A stretch of DNA of 64,000 nucleotides from Euprymna scolopes (taxonomy: Eukaryota). The DNA is taken from assembly GCA_053919585.1 (NCBI GenBank), contig CM132806.1, one strand, 5' to 3'. Shown one piece after another: positions 39,321 through 53,299 of the stretch (position 1 is the stretch's first letter; each line of letters starts with the position of its first letter). Below the pieces are notes generated by a model, which did no database searches, was not told the origin of the DNA, and worked only from the letters and a program-made list of their open reading frames with translations. Position numbers and translations under genes: made by a program.

Positions 39321-42099
39321 AAACATTTATCCTGATTTCCTAGGTGGTTGATGAAAGATAACTTAGTTGTTGAAGACTGGCTTTCTTCAAAGAGAAACTC
39401 CTTTAATGAAATGTGTCTAACTTGATCTCAACATTGTGAACCTGACTCACAACCATTGGACAAAGTTGGTTCTTCTTTTGTGACAAAAGCAAACATCTTA
39501 CTTCGTCTTTCTACACTGTAAATCTTGTAACGTTTTACTACCCTATGCATCACCACTTTTTACCTATCTCTACAAGATATTTTTTTCTTGGTTCTGGTCC
39601 AAAATTCACCCTATGTTAACCTTTTATGACCTGAATTATGATGTAGATGATTAAGAAATATTTATTGTTAATTTTAGTTAGTTTAAATGTAAATGGTATT
39701 ATGATTTAAAGACATTTTCACTATAACGTTCTTTCATTATGAAGTTCAATAGTTAAACTAACACAGAATTTTTGCATTTCATAAACTTACCTTGATTATT
39801 ATCTATAGTGATTGAAAAATGTGTGTTTATGACAACAAACGAAATCCTCGACTCTCTGAGACAGACGGTGGCATACTGAATGTAAGCAATGGACAGTTGC
39901 AATCTGGAGGTATTTGACATCTACCCAAATACTGAACTAATATGTACACGGCATGTTTGAATCAATTCCCACGTTATGTATGCCATTATACTCCTTTATT
40001 TACGACTGAACGAATTAGTTCAACCAGGTCTTAAAGGGTTGAAGAATAAAAATAAAGAAAAATCTGTATTATGCATGTACTTGTGACAAAACAAAAATAT
40101 CATATTCCAAAAATCACATCAATTGATCAAGTAATTTTATTTTTTAATGAGAATATAAAACTTTATGAGTAACTGAAAAATGGTTTTGTCTGCTATTTTG
40201 AAAACAATCTAAAGAGAGACATAACTCCACATTCAAACGTGCGAGATTTATGTTGTAATGCCTACCAATTCCCATTAAGAACTTAAAAATGGTTTGCTTT
40301 GTAAAAATAAAACTACTTAATTAATTTATAATTTTCGGAATGACATTTTCGTTTCATCACAGGTGCGTACATCATACTGAATTTGTGTTTTGTTTTTTAA
40401 TATAGGTGGAATTCTGGACAGTAACCTTCTTTTATTTTTTTTGTTGAAGTCTTGGCATGGGTCCAATTTAAAATTCTCGGAACATTATCACTTTCAGTGA
40501 ATGGTCCAAGACTACCATTTTTAGACGAAATGAAGTCGCTTATCAAAATATAATCAAATTTTGAAAATACCAAAGAGGTTTGACAGTATCAAGAGGTTAC
40601 TTACTCATTTTAGTTTTGCAGGAGTTAACTTTAGTCTAAAAGGTTGCTCCGAAATTGGTAAACCAATCCAATCAATATGTAATAGTAGTGGGTGGTGCAA
40701 GTTTACCCATGGATGACAGCCATCAGTGTTTATTCGATGAATACGTTATATATTTTATAAGGAATATAAATTTTTAAATGTTAGAAAAAAAAAAATCTAG
40801 TTTGAGACAGATTAACATGGATGATTATAAATGTTTTATGGGATTTTTTTTTACTGCTAAAGATGACTAAAAACATGTCTACAAAAAAAGAAAATAACAA
40901 AGGCCTCCAGAGCTCTGCTGAAACCATCCATTTGGAGGTAGGTAGCGCTGGTTTTGCGATTTCTTTATGAAGTTTGAGAATGAAGCGTGATTTTGATTGT
41001 TTATATCGGAGACAAGATGCATTATTGGGTCTTATTTCAAAAGCAGTGCAGTCATTATCGAAAACATCCTTGCTGTTTGTATCATTTCCAAAATAAAGAG
41101 AGTCAAAATATTGCAACAAATGTTTACTAAATTAATTCTTCAATATAAAAACCAATTTTTCCCTTATTTCAAAAATAGCTTTAATAACAAAAGATAAATT
41201 TTTTAAAAGTCTGTTTTGTCAATCAAAATGTGTTCTTAAAAACAAAATTGTTTTAATTTTTTTTTATTTAATCCTAATCAATATTTTATTCACTTTTTTT
41301 TTTACTCATATTTAGACAAAATTTTCATAGTGTTTACTCTCTTAGTAACATATACTCCTACTCTCTCTCTCTCTCTGAACCTGCGGCAAAAATAATGCAA
41401 AGGGTGATTTTTCAATGTTCGCTGATATTTTCAGCGTTTTCATTGTTTACTGAAAGTGTTCATTATTTATATAAAGTTAGGGGATGTGCATATGTTTATA
41501 AATTTGTGTGTGCAAGATTCACTTATAAATTAATGGATTGATCCTTCTGAATATTTAAACAGCTAGAAGCTAAAGTGCTGGACAATGCTCAACTATATTT
41601 ATAGGTTAATGAGGAAGTGGATGCCATGCAGATACTTTTAAGTGTTGTGAAATTTTAACAATAGAAGTTTCAGTTTCCTGTACAAAAAGTGCATTACAAT
41701 TCAATTTTGAGTTCTCTAATTTCTTTTTTATTTTTTTGTATACATGGAATTTTTATGGTATTGCATATTTATGTGCATTTCCTGCAGATTACTTAGAAAC
41801 GATTAATTTCTAGAGATTTTCAATGCTATATTCAGATTCCTTGCACAAAAATACACTTATATGGAAAATTTTATTACTTAATCTTGTGTTTTAACAAAGA
41901 TATAACATTTTTACTGAAAAAGTAGTGTAAAAAATGTGCTGAAACACATATGATCTTAAAGAGGGAAAAATGTCCAAATGTATGCGGCACAAAAATAGTC
42001 ATAACATCCTTATTTTTAATCAGATTTTAAAATTTAAAAGGGTTCATTCTTAGATTATCAAGCTCTTTCTATGCCATTATTTAGATTTTTATTTTATTT

Positions 42100-42480
42100 T
42101 ATAATGGGTTTACCATATACCAAGGCCCGGAGGCCACTTGAGAATAAGGATTAATGTGTGTATTTTAGTTATTGGGACAGTAGTGTAGTAATCTTTTGTG
42201 GTGGAAATTTGGATAATTAGATTATTTACAAAGACAGTTCAATAAGAACTTGTTTACATTGGACTTGGAAGGTATCAGCTGGAAAGCAGATCAGCGGAAC
42301 AGAGTTTCATAAATGGGCAGTTGTAGAAAGTTTTGTTGATGGAATCTACGTTTAGGTATAGGCACCGATAGAGAGTGAGGGGATTTATTGATTGTGTTTT
42401 TAGCTAGATGAGTGTTTTTTGTGAAAGATTAGTGGAGTGGGGGGGGGCATAGATTGAAGCTCATGTGTATTGCCAATAGT
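42100..42480 (-). mobile_element. CR1/L2-type LINE 3' end
   Basis: CAAGGCCCGGAGGCCACTTGAGAATAAGGATTAATGTGTG, same terminus as 32693-33050. Confidence 0.7.
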
Positions 42481-43143
42481 AGATTTCTTGTGAAAGTAAT
42501 CAGGGTTTTCTTTCCAAATTAATGCACACTGAAAAATTCTCTCCCACTGACAAAATCTGATCCAGTTGACCCTCAGAAATGTATAATTTTTTCTTTTTAG
42601 TTGGATATACAAACATATACGCTGAGACAACTGTCCTTTACATAATAGATTTCTTGCTTATATTTAATTTTGTTTCATACTTATGAATTATTTCTTTGAC
42701 AACTGTTTTAAAAGAAGTTATTCCAAATTGATTTCATTGACTTTATATTTAATCCTATCAACATTTTTATTTTTGCTCATATTTTGGAGGAGGGGTCGGT
42801 AGGCTTTTTCTACTCCAAACACTCAAAAAGGACCGGAACAAATTCACACATTTTTTATTCGTTTTTTTTTTTTCCTTCCTTACTTCATTCCACAGTAAAA
42901 TAAAATTAATTTTTTTTTAATGTAATCTACTATATTAATAAAGTAAAGTTATTTTTTTTCTCTCATCTTTCCAACACGCCACACATAATTACAATACGGT
43001 CACACTTCTTGATGGTACATGATGCATGTTTCCAGAAATTATCAGTTTTATTTATCTTTGTAATTTCCTACTTTGATTCTGACTAAAGTGACTCTCCCAA
43101 AACAAGTCCTCTTTAGAGGAGGTAGAAGGATATTTCACTTAGT

Positions 43144-43185
<42 letters not shown>

Positions 43186-43842
43186 ACTAACACTTCTCAC
43201 AATTCACTATGCTCTATCAGATCCACTTCTCAGAAAGAAGTGGCACTGTTTCATTATCTTTTACTGTTATTGATTTCCCCAAGTAAAAGATTACTGCTTC
43301 CTTTCAATTTGATTCTTATTTTCCAAGCAGTTTGATTGGCTGCTCATTTACATTTTTCAGAATACTGGATTATATTTGCCAAACCCTTTCAAAATCCATT
43401 TGTGAAAAATAAAAAAAATGGTGTCTATCTAGCAGCTGCATTAAATTCTGTTAACTAGCACCAGTTCATACTTAAATGTAATTATGCATAATTCCTACTG
43501 ATAGATACATCGGACTTAAAACCACCTTTGTAAAGCATCACAATAACTATACATAACGTTCTACATCAGTAGTCAGGTCATATGGAAAACAATCCATTAT
43601 TCTAATTCTTATATAAAAAAATCTTTTCTACACTATTGTAAGTTAACAGTAATATCAATTATATCATATTCCCTTTTACTAATGCAAAAATTACCAGCTG
43701 ATAGTAGCAGAGCTGCTAGATGTTGATGCTGCTATTTCTTCTTTGTCTGGTTTCAGTAGTACTAGTTAGTAATAGTAGTATTGATAGCAACTACTCTGCC
43801 ATATTCACAATTTCTTACAAAGTAGTGACGTATATTATTATA

Positions 43843-43922
43843 TTAGATTGGTGCAAAAATAATGTTGATTTTTGACTTCAGGTTGAACGTCAAAAAACGA
43901 CATTATTTTTGCCACAACCTAA
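43843..43922. mobile_element. 80 bp MADE1-like mariner MITE
   Basis: TA|TTAGATTGGTGCAAAAATAATG ... CATTATTTTTGCCACAACCTAA|TA; two mariner TIRs with a short spacer. Confidence 0.8.
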
Positions 43923-45485
43923 TAATACTTTTATTATTTCTTTTATTGCTATCAATCTCTTGAGTTAATCTAAGTTCCCGAGCAAAGACGCAAATTTCAT
44001 ATTTTAATGCTAAACATAAAAATATGCAGAAATAGCATCCATTTTTCTTTCTTTCTTTTTTTTTTTTTAAAGCACACCTGATTGGCACATTAATGCCAAC
44101 TCCATAACACTGTCACATTCCAGCAACAAATTTGCTCTTACTATATTTTAAGCATAATTCTTGACTAAACAAGCTTGCGCATTAACTTCATTTTATGGGA
44201 TTTGCACATTCGAAAAGCCTTTAAACTGCATAGATCACTCTGTGTATGTTGGCACTTAAGAATTATCTACGTTTTGCTGTGGTTGCTTCACACACTTACA
44301 GATAATTAAATGACTTTTTTCAAGACGGTTTCTTGCCTTTCCGTCTATAATAATTTGTGTGTGTTTATGACTAAAATATAACGCCAACAAATGAACTCGT
44401 CCTACAATAGTACTTGAGTTAGAAACAAATAATTCATGCAGATTACAGAACAAATATTATTATTTACGTACGATTTCTAAACTTACCTGTAATTTCACAT
44501 CCGGGCAATGCCAGAACAGGTACCACTAATAATATAGAAACAAAGTAAAAATAATAATGAAAATATTCAAAGATTTCAATAATTTTCAATTATAAAGTAT
44601 TTATTTACCAACATAATGTGTTGAACCAGAATGGTATTGTGGTGTTAAGTTCTTTAAAAAGTCAAGGGTGTGCCTCATCTTCAGAAATAAGAAAAAGAAA
44701 ATAAATTGTACAATCACTTGCCGGGAGTTTGAAATATTAGAACTACAGTAGAGCAGATTCACAGGGGTTGTTAAATTATTTTTATTCAACCAATAAATAC
44801 TTTATAATTGAAATCTTTGAATATTATCATTATTCTTTTTACCTTGTCGGATACCTGACAGTGCATTTCTATAAGATAGCCTTGTTATAGCCTTCAAACA
44901 CAACTCGTTACCCACTACAATATCCTTGTATAATATTTTATTAATATATTATACTGGCTTTTTTTTTTTTTTTTTTTTTTAATTTTTTATTTATTTATTT
45001 ATGTTTTTAATTCAGCTTCATGTATCTAAACACTATTTTAATATGATAGTTTTCAGCAATTTACTACTTGGTTCATTAAAGTTTAATATTTAGGTTTGGG
45101 GGTTCAACGCATATATTTTAGAGCAATTTCATTGACAGTACAGATTATAATAGTAATAATAATTATAGAAAAAATAAATAAATAAAAACATCAGACAGCT
45201 GAGAGCACTATTAAACAATAATAATACGATGCCGGCACCTAAAACTGTAAGAAAGTCCAGGTGATTCCCATTGTAATTGAAACGCTTCAGACCATAACAA
45301 AAAGCCACCATAAATGGCTTAATCAGACTGACCAGATAATTTTTTTCCAATTTTGCCTGCTAGGAATGATGATAGTGTTAATACAGCTTGAATGTCTAAA
45401 GTCAAAGGAATTGACCTGATTTTCAAGAAAAATATTCCTATTTAAAACATCGAAAGGTTGAGACTACTATGGATTAGGTAACCAT

Positions 45486-46600
45486 AGGTAACCAAAAAAG
45501 TTCTGTCCACTTTTATAAAAAAAAAAAAAATGCTTCACAGTATATGGAACTTATATTACATCTTTGAAGTAATCGACTTTGGCATCCGGCAGCTTCTGCC
45601 AACATGTCTCCAGCTGTTCAATTTCCTTGCGGTAAAACTCGAGGGTTTTGGACGAAAGAAGTTTATGAGAGCTTGGCGCAAGTCTATCATTGGTGAAGAA
45701 TTTCACACAAAGGTGTTCATCTAAAGAGTGGAAGAGGTGGTAATCTGATGGCACAAGGTTAGGTGAATAATGCGGATGGCACAAAGTCTTCCCCCCCCCC
45801 CCCCGAGTTGCTGTATGGTATCCATGACCACTCAAGTGACATGCGACCTGTCATTGTTATGCATGAAAAGCACACCTTTGTGAGCCACCAGTGCCAGCTC
45901 TTTCTGGTGCAATGCCTGTTGCACACATTTCAATTGCTATGAGTATCAGTGACCTTTTGGCCCATTGGTAGCAGTTCATAATGAACCACTTGACAACCTG
46001 CCCACCAGACACAAAGTATAGCCTTGTGTGGGTGCATAGGCGGTCTTGCAGTGTAAGGGACAACAACCTGAAGAGACAATCAATGCTTGGGTGTTTCGTA
46101 CAGAATCCACTTTTCATCACTGGTAAGCATTCTACTGAATAAGGATGTGCTATGGTGCCAAGAAAGCAATAATATGCAGGCTGACACTTGTTGTCCCTTG
46201 TAAACCTCTAACAATGTTTGCCAAACCCACATGCTCAGTTTGTATGTCTTAGGCGATGCAAGTGAAGGCTAACTTCATCGGCAACATTGAACTGTCTTGC
46301 AAGTTCATCACGTGTTAGACTACTGTCCTCTTCAATGGCAGCTTTTAGAACTCCGTCATTCAAGAGCTGTAATCGTTCACTGCGAGGCTTATTACAGCTC
46401 TCCTCACTTGAATTTTTTAAATTAACATCTTGCAGTACATTCATCCACAGCACTATCCCCAAACGCTTGACACATGCAGGGACTTGATGCAGCTGCTGAT
46501 TAAGCCAACTTTGAAATCGTAAATCAAACAACCCTGAATGAGATCTTTAGACTCTTCCATTCTTCTCAGTTGTTAAACTTATAACTGATGGTTTAGTGCG
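45486..46600 (-). mobile_element. Near full-length decayed mariner (DD34D) element
   Basis: KPRSERLQLLNDGVLKAAIEEDSSLTRDELARQF (HTH), DEKWIL, HPHYSPNLVPSDYHLFHSL; multiple frameshifts and stops. Confidence 0.88.
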
Positions 46601-47292
46601 ATTGTTTTTTTTTGTTTTTTTATATAACTTCTGATGTTCCTACTTCCAGCTGTCCGAATTTGAAAACAATTGCTACACACATTTTGTATATATTTCAACT
46701 TTATGTAATGGCTAATCAAAAAACAGACAAAACTTTTTTCGATTATGTAGTAGAAAAAGAAACGTGTAGTGACATTGGTTGGTGCCACACAAAATAGTTG
46801 TGAAGGATTAAAGAGGATAACGAACAGCATCCAGACCTCCACTAGAAGGACAAAGAAAATGCTGGAATTGTGAGGCGGCTTATTGTCACTCAAATTCCAG
46901 AGTTCATTGGTGGTTGTGCTCAGCAAAAACTCAATGGCAAACGGATGTTGTAAGAGCACAAAAAGATTTGAAGCAGTTATGGAAAGAATTCTGAGGAATA
47001 CCACTGATAAAGATGTTTGAAAACTATTAATTATATCATTGTAGAGTTGGGCTGGATAGCAGTGACTGAGATGATGTTAGTGATTGAGAATAGTGAAACA
47101 GGATACAGAACTGATTATCAGTCTGTGTATCTATGGTGTTTACCGATGGAATAAAGACTGTCACTATTCTGAAATTTAGAAGGAGTGGGTCAGCCCTGAT
47201 TTTGAATTCATTGGAACGAGCTCAACTGACCTGGGGTGAATGCTCTAAAACAATATCCATTTGAAACAATTGGTTGAACACAAATGACTTCA

Positions 47293-47805
47293 TATCATTT
47301 GGATTCGTCGGATTGCTGTTCTCATTTTCACTGTTATTTGCACAAAGTTTCAGTCGATGTAACCTCCAACCTTCTTCAGTTCTATCTTGTCAAACTCTGG
47401 GAATCTGCACAAAGTTTCAAACGGAACCCTTTATTTAATCCACAGAGGTAGCATGCTCTTGTTCCGTAAGCCATAACTGAGTAGAAGCCTTTGCACATGT
47501 ATTTTGTCTGTCGCCTGCACTGAGGATTGAACCTTCAACCTCCTGAAGAGTGTAACAGTGACATTCAAAATACAGTCGCTAATTACTTAGGACTTCTACC
47601 TAGTCATGGCGTGACAAAATGAGAGCGTGTTACCCCTGAATAAAAGGTTCCATTTGAAATTCTCTGCAGATTCCTGATTGTGACCAGATACATCTGAAGA
47701 CGGTCAGAGGTTACATTGAGCAAAACATAAAAATAACATTCGAGATAAGCACAGTGGTCTGACTAATCCAAATAATCAATCCTCAACTCCAAAATTCTGA
47801 AACAT
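47293..47805. mobile_element. Fold-back SINE/hammerhead family copy F
   Basis: Left arm TTTGGATTCGTCGGATTGCTGTTCTCAT...GTTTCAGTCGATGTAACCTCCAACCTTCTTCAG; right arm ...CATCTGAAGACGGTCAGAGGTTACAT...AATCCAAATAAT plus tail CCTCAACTCCAAAATTCTGAAACAT. Confidence 0.78.
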
Positions 47806-48455
47806 AATTGGAAATAAGTGTTTGTAAAATAGCCACTTGTGTTCGATGAATTATTTACAATGCATTGTTTCACATAGAAGATATTTTGTTACGGCATTCA
47901 TCTTAGGTTTATTGAGCCAACTCCTCTGAGTGAATTCAGTGAGGGCTGACCGAATACAACAGTCTATTAGCAACGTTAAGACTTCACTGGCGGACACCAT
48001 AGATACATGGACCGGCAATCATTTATGCATCTTGCTTCACCATTTTAAATTGGTTATGGCGTCTTCTAGTCCCGAAGTATTGATAGTTATAATTAAGTCT
48101 TTGTTTCATTGCGGCTGAAGAACTTGACCAAACCAGCGAAGCAGCTCTGTGCAGAGAGTGCTATTTGAAAGGAGATTTGTGTTTGGACCACTGCATTTGA
48201 AACAACTATAAACTTGGAGGATGCAACGTAGACAATAATGATCAAAGACTTTCAGTCTACAAATGTCTGCGACCTGCACTCATAGAGGAGGTTGGTACAA
48301 ACAAGGACTTGGTAAATTTGGATTTTTATTAAAACGGGCATTTCTGGTGTGTCCGTTTATATCCTCTTCCCCTTTAACCTATAATTGTTTCCCAACATTA
48401 ATTTACCTGAAAAGGTGTTAAAACATTTAAAAAACAAACGAGACGTTAACTGGAA

Positions 48456-48894
48456 TTATTATTTGGATTCTTCGGACTACTGTTCTCATCTTGAGTGATA
48501 TTTTCACGTTTCAGTCAATGTAACCTCTGAGTTTTTCAGGTGTATCTTTTTGAACTCGGGAATCTACATAAAATTTCAAATGGAACCGGTTATTTAATCC
48601 ACAGAAGTAGCATGCTCTCATTCTGTCAGCCATGACTAAGTAATTCACAATTGTGTTTTGCACAGAAGATTCAACCATCAACCTCCAGAAAAGTGTAACT
48701 TACAACTGATTTCAACCACTTTATCCACTACGCTATGGGACACATGTTCGACAGAAAGATTTCTGAGTTCAACAAACTACACCTGAAGAAGGTCGAAGGT
48801 TACATCAACTGAAACATTATGAAATAACACTCAAGATGAGAACAGCAGTCTAAAGAATACAAATAACCATTCCTCATCTCAAAGACTCAAAAAT
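48456..48894. mobile_element. Fold-back SINE/hammerhead family copy G (full left arm, 5'-truncated right arm)
   Basis: Minus-strand A box TAGCGTAGTGG (48725-48735) in a tRNA-like context GTCCCATAGCGTAGTGGATAA. Plus-strand hammerhead CAC-CTGAAGA-A-GGTCG-AAGGTTACAT-CAACT-GAAA-CATT-ATG 48780-48821. Degenerate TSD GTTAACTGGAA/GTTGGCTGGAA. Confidence 0.8.
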
Positions 48895-50184
48895 GTTGGC
48901 TGGAAACTTTTACAGTGCACAACATACAAATAAAAGTATATTCTTTTAAGAAATGCTTAACAGATAATTGGTATTAACAAGTAAAGGTTCGTAAAATACT
49001 AATGTGAAAAGAACTGTGGTGTAAGGTCAACCAGGCCTGTAATTAATTCACAGCAAAGGCCAACAGTCAATTAGTACATTCTTTGCTAAATTACTCCCTC
49101 GCACCTAGCAGCCAATTTGCCTTTCCTCTTTTGTGAGATGCGATGACGATTGATCTCCAGTTATTTAACTGAAATTCTTTCTAAATGACCTTCATATGCT
49201 GATATTATCATAAGTATTTTTTTTTTATAATTAATGAGTCACTTCTTATCAAAGATAAAAGTCACTTGAGAATAAGTGTTACTGTGCTTGGTGAATGATG
49301 AAGAATATTATGAGAGGATTGAAAATAAGTAAATTGAACAAGCAAAATTTGATTATGCACTTCACCTTTTAAACTATATGAAATGCCCCATTAGTCATAG
49401 ACAAAGATGTGTCATAAGTCTGCTCATAATAATCTGCAGGGAGTCATTTTTTTTTTTATATCACACTTTGCGTTTTTTCAGTTGACTTTCCTGTTATAAT
49501 TGATGCTATTCTCATTTGTTTGACTAAGGAATCACTACTTATTAAGGCTAAAAGCCAATTGAGGATACGGGTTAATTAGATAATAGATTGTCAGTTGAGT
49601 AATGGAGAATGTTATGACACGGTTGAAAATGATAAATAAAATGAACAATATTTGATTACTTATGAGGACGGTTAATGGTAAATATTTGTTGGCACAGAAT
49701 TTGAAAACGAGCTGCAGAGAAAGCCAAATCAAGTTTCCGTGTCTCTACATGGTATGTAATGGACTTTGCAAACTAAATAAAGAAAACAGTTTGGTCTGTA
49801 TTGTGTAGACTATTCATTGACGTTTGTTATCGTCACCTGTACTTAGTCAAACACTGATATTTTCCAGAATTTAACTGCCCTCCACCCTCCCTTTCAAAAA
49901 AAATGAAAATTTAAAAAATGAAATCTAACCTAAATATTTTTAAAACTGAAGAAAACTAATTTGGGTCAATAGTAAAAAAAACTTAATTCTCCACCACAAT
50001 TTTCCAGTTCAAATTGAGGAACCATTTGGTTATATGTCTCGAGATATCGCTAACTGGACCAGAATTATATTGAGTTTTAAGGATGAAAATCTTAAAGGAA
50101 AACGTATGAAAGGTAAAAACTATACTCGTCTAGCTATCACCACTATCAACAACTTTTGCCCATTCTATCTGTGATCTAAATCTA

Positions 50185-50455
50185 AATGCAGATTTCAGGA
50201 ACAAAGCTTCTTTCCTAGAACTGCCTGCCTGTGAAACTCTCTTCTGCTTTTCAATTGACTACAGTATGGTTGTCTTCAAGTCCAATGTAAACAAGTTCTC
50301 GTTCAGCCGTCCCCTTAAATAATAAAATTATACTCGATTTTCACCATTAATGATTACTACACTGTTGTTCCGGTAACCACTATATGTTCGTTAACACTTA
50401 TCCTCAAGGGGTCTTTGGGCCTTGTTAAATGGTGACTCCTTTGTATTAAAAAAAA
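50185..50455 (+). mobile_element. CR1/L2-type LINE 3' end
   Basis: Same terminus as 51440-51700, ending CCTTGTTAAATGGTGACTCCTTTGTATT-A(n). Confidence 0.7.
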
Positions 50456-50664
50456 GGTATAGTAAGGAAATATAATCTAAGAAATAAGCGAAAACTTTTT
50501 TCCAAAGTAAAGATCTGTAATCGTAGCGAACATTTGGTTTTGAATGAAAGGTTTTTATATTTATTTTAATAAGTTATGAATAAAGAGCATTTGAATTTTA
50601 AACCATAATAGCGGTAAAAATCATGTTTACGTGGGTAATATTTTTGTTTTGTTCTGTTTGAAAG

Positions 50665-51705
50665 CAGAGCATCTACTCAAAGTATTAATGCTGGAGTCCC
50701 TCCTGGGCCCAACTCTCTTCCTGATCTACATCAATGATCTCCCAAATCACATCCTAAGATCATTCGTAGACATTTATGCTGACGACACTACCATCTATGG
50801 CGACACTTCAAGGGCCATATATGACCAAGTTCTCTCCGATTCTCTCTCCTCTGGTCTTGATCATGTGATGCAATGGGAAAAGAGGTGGCTGGTTAATTTT
50901 AATGCATCTAAAACCAAGCTTCTATCTTTCCATCATCATAGCTCTGATCGCTGGCTGGCATCAATTGAAATGAATGACTTGTCTTGGGGAGGCTCCATAT
51001 TTTGACAATCTTCTGGGTCTGACCTTTACTCCTAATCTGAAATGGAACACTTACATCAAATTTGTTGCCAAGGTCGCTGGAAAAATGATGGGATCATTCT
51101 ACTATTCCAGTAGATATCTCACTGCCGATGCAATTCTCTACTTGTAAAAGAGCCAAGTATGTTCAAGGATGGAATACTGTTGCCACATCTGGCAGGAGCT
51201 GCTAGAAAGACTTATCCTGCCTTGACAGAGTTCAAAATAGACTTTGTAGTCTAGTAGGTGATGCCCTTTTCTCTTTGCAACCTCTTTCCCACAGAAGAGA
51301 TGTTGTGAGCCTGTTTCTGCTTTATCATTATTTTCTTGGCAAGTGCTCGTCTGATCTCTAATCTATGGTCCCTCCTCGCCAAACATTCGTTTAGCTGAAA
51401 CCACTATCAATAATTTCCCCAATCTTTATCTGTGCCCAAATCAAAGCTTCTTTCTTAGAACTGCACACCTGTGGAACTCTCTTCCGTTTCTCTGCTTTCC
51501 AACTGTCTACAATATGTTCATCTTCAAGTCCGATGTGAACAAGTTTTTGATGAGCCATCCCTTAAGTAATCCAATTTACCAAATTTCCACTAATAACGAT
51601 TACTACAATATTGTCCTATTGACTACCCCACACACATTAACATGTATCCTCGAATTGCCTCTGGGCCTTAAGTGGTGACTACTTGGGAAAAAATAAATAA
51701 ATAAA
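50665..51705 (+). mobile_element. 5'-truncated CR1/L2-type LINE
   Basis: LGPTLFLIYINDLP...IYADDTTIY...WLVNFNASKTK (ORF 50631-51005), MEYCCHIW, PLSHRRD; (AAAT)n tail. Confidence 0.88.
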
Positions 51706-52314
51706 AATCTACTTACATGTGAAGGAATGACGTAAATGTTATATGAAAGTGATCTTGCACTGTTTATTAATTAAACTGAAAAAAACGGAATAGATATCGA
51801 AAATATAAAGAAAAGTAATTTGTAATGCTTCAATTCTGAATTTTGCTGTTCCTGTATTCTTAGGAAGGGAGTGATTATTATTTAATGTCCAAAACCTGTA
51901 TATTATGGAGAAGATTATAAGGATATTAAAAGTAAATAATTTAGGTGTTGTAAAGTAATGTTCCTAGGACACAGTGTATAAGAGATACGTTGGAGTAGGA
52001 AATTTATATGGAGGGAAAATGATTGCTATCCTCTTGTTGAACGGCATACTTAAGAGAAACAGATATCTTGGAATAAATGTAATAATATTTGTAAATATTA
52101 AAAAATGTCAAAATATTTTTTTGAAAAATGTGTTCGGAAGTGTTGTAGGTAATACGTAGAAAAGATACGTAGATTATTTTCCTATAACGACTCAAGTTGC
52201 GCTTGATAAATTGACGTTATTATACAGATGATAAATAATGGCATTTTTAATGGTCGACTTTTCGTATTAATCCTTAACCTAGAAATTTATTGTAAAGGCA
52301 AATTTTAAAAATTA

Positions 52315-52870
52315 TCAGCAGGGAGACCTGTCGTTGCCCGGAATTGAACGAAGATCAATGAATATTCCACACTTCCAATACTTTTATCGTCATCGAAGTC
52401 GTTGAAATCACCCATTTTTCAATCAAATCGATTGAGTGCCTGCTCTAGGCTGAGACTCACTGTGGTTTTTAGTTCGCAATACATTGTATTCTACATTGCA
52501 CTGTAGAGAACTTACTGTTGATTTTATAAAATTATTTTTATATAATCGTTTGAATTAAAGTTTAAAATGCAAAAGTCAAGTATTATAGTTCAGTTGTGCT
52601 CTAAATAGAAACATTCATGTTGAACAATGCTCCTGTCTTAAAGAATCTACTGTTGATTTTATATGCTGGGCCCTTCTGCTTGTGTGGTGATAAAACTTCT
52701 CAAATGCACTTGTGATGTTAGGCTGTATAAGAGTGTTAACTTTGCTCCAAATCAGACTGTTCTTTCTTTCATCAGATTTATTTGATTCTAGTGACAATAA
52801 AAGTATCGGAAGTGTGAAACATCTGTTGATCCGTATTCAATGCCGGGAAATGTCGAGTCTCTCTGCTAGT
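52315..52870. mobile_element. Non-autonomous Helitron-derived sequence related to unit 22244-22781
   Basis: AGCAGGGAGACCTGTCGTTGCCCGGAATTGAACGAAGATCAA matches 22246-22290; right end GCCGGGAAATGTCGAG...GCTAG|T. Confidence 0.55.
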
Positions 52871-53299
52871 AATATAATAAATGATGAAAACACAAGTTCA
52901 TATCAAGAATTTTAAAACAAAAACTATTTCTCTTTGTTCAAAAAGATTTTTTTTAATTTATAGCTGAGGAAAGAAAGATCAACCGTAAAAATAAAAGGAA
53001 TGGAAAAAAAGAAGAAAAAAAAATATGGTGCTTGTCTAGATTGGTAATCTTTTAAATAAACGCATTTCAGGTGAAAACATTACATACGTATCATTTCAAA
53101 AAATTCCAGAACGTTTTTTTGGTTTTTCTCTTTCTATTTTAATATCTAACATTGAGGAGAGTGGGGGGTATCAATAGTATCACACTCAAAAGAATCAAAT
53201 CGATAATCAGCAGAAAAGGCCTCGATAGTTGATAGGAAAATACTTGTTTGAATTAAGCAAGAATTTTCCTAATAGATTATCCATTCATAGGCAAGCTGC

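Noticed and set aside
43695-43802. Minus-strand signal-peptide-like run (LLSILLLLTS); with SAELW at ~40910 and a Cys/Tyr peptide at ~29900 it briefly suggested a TGF-beta-like pseudogene
   Set aside because: The Leu run derives from a (CTA)n-like low-complexity tract, stops interrupt it, and no cystine-knot cysteine pattern exists.
46579-47004. 141 aa minus-strand ORF
   Set aside because: No motifs, adjacent to a decayed mariner, composition typical of chance AT-rich ORFs.
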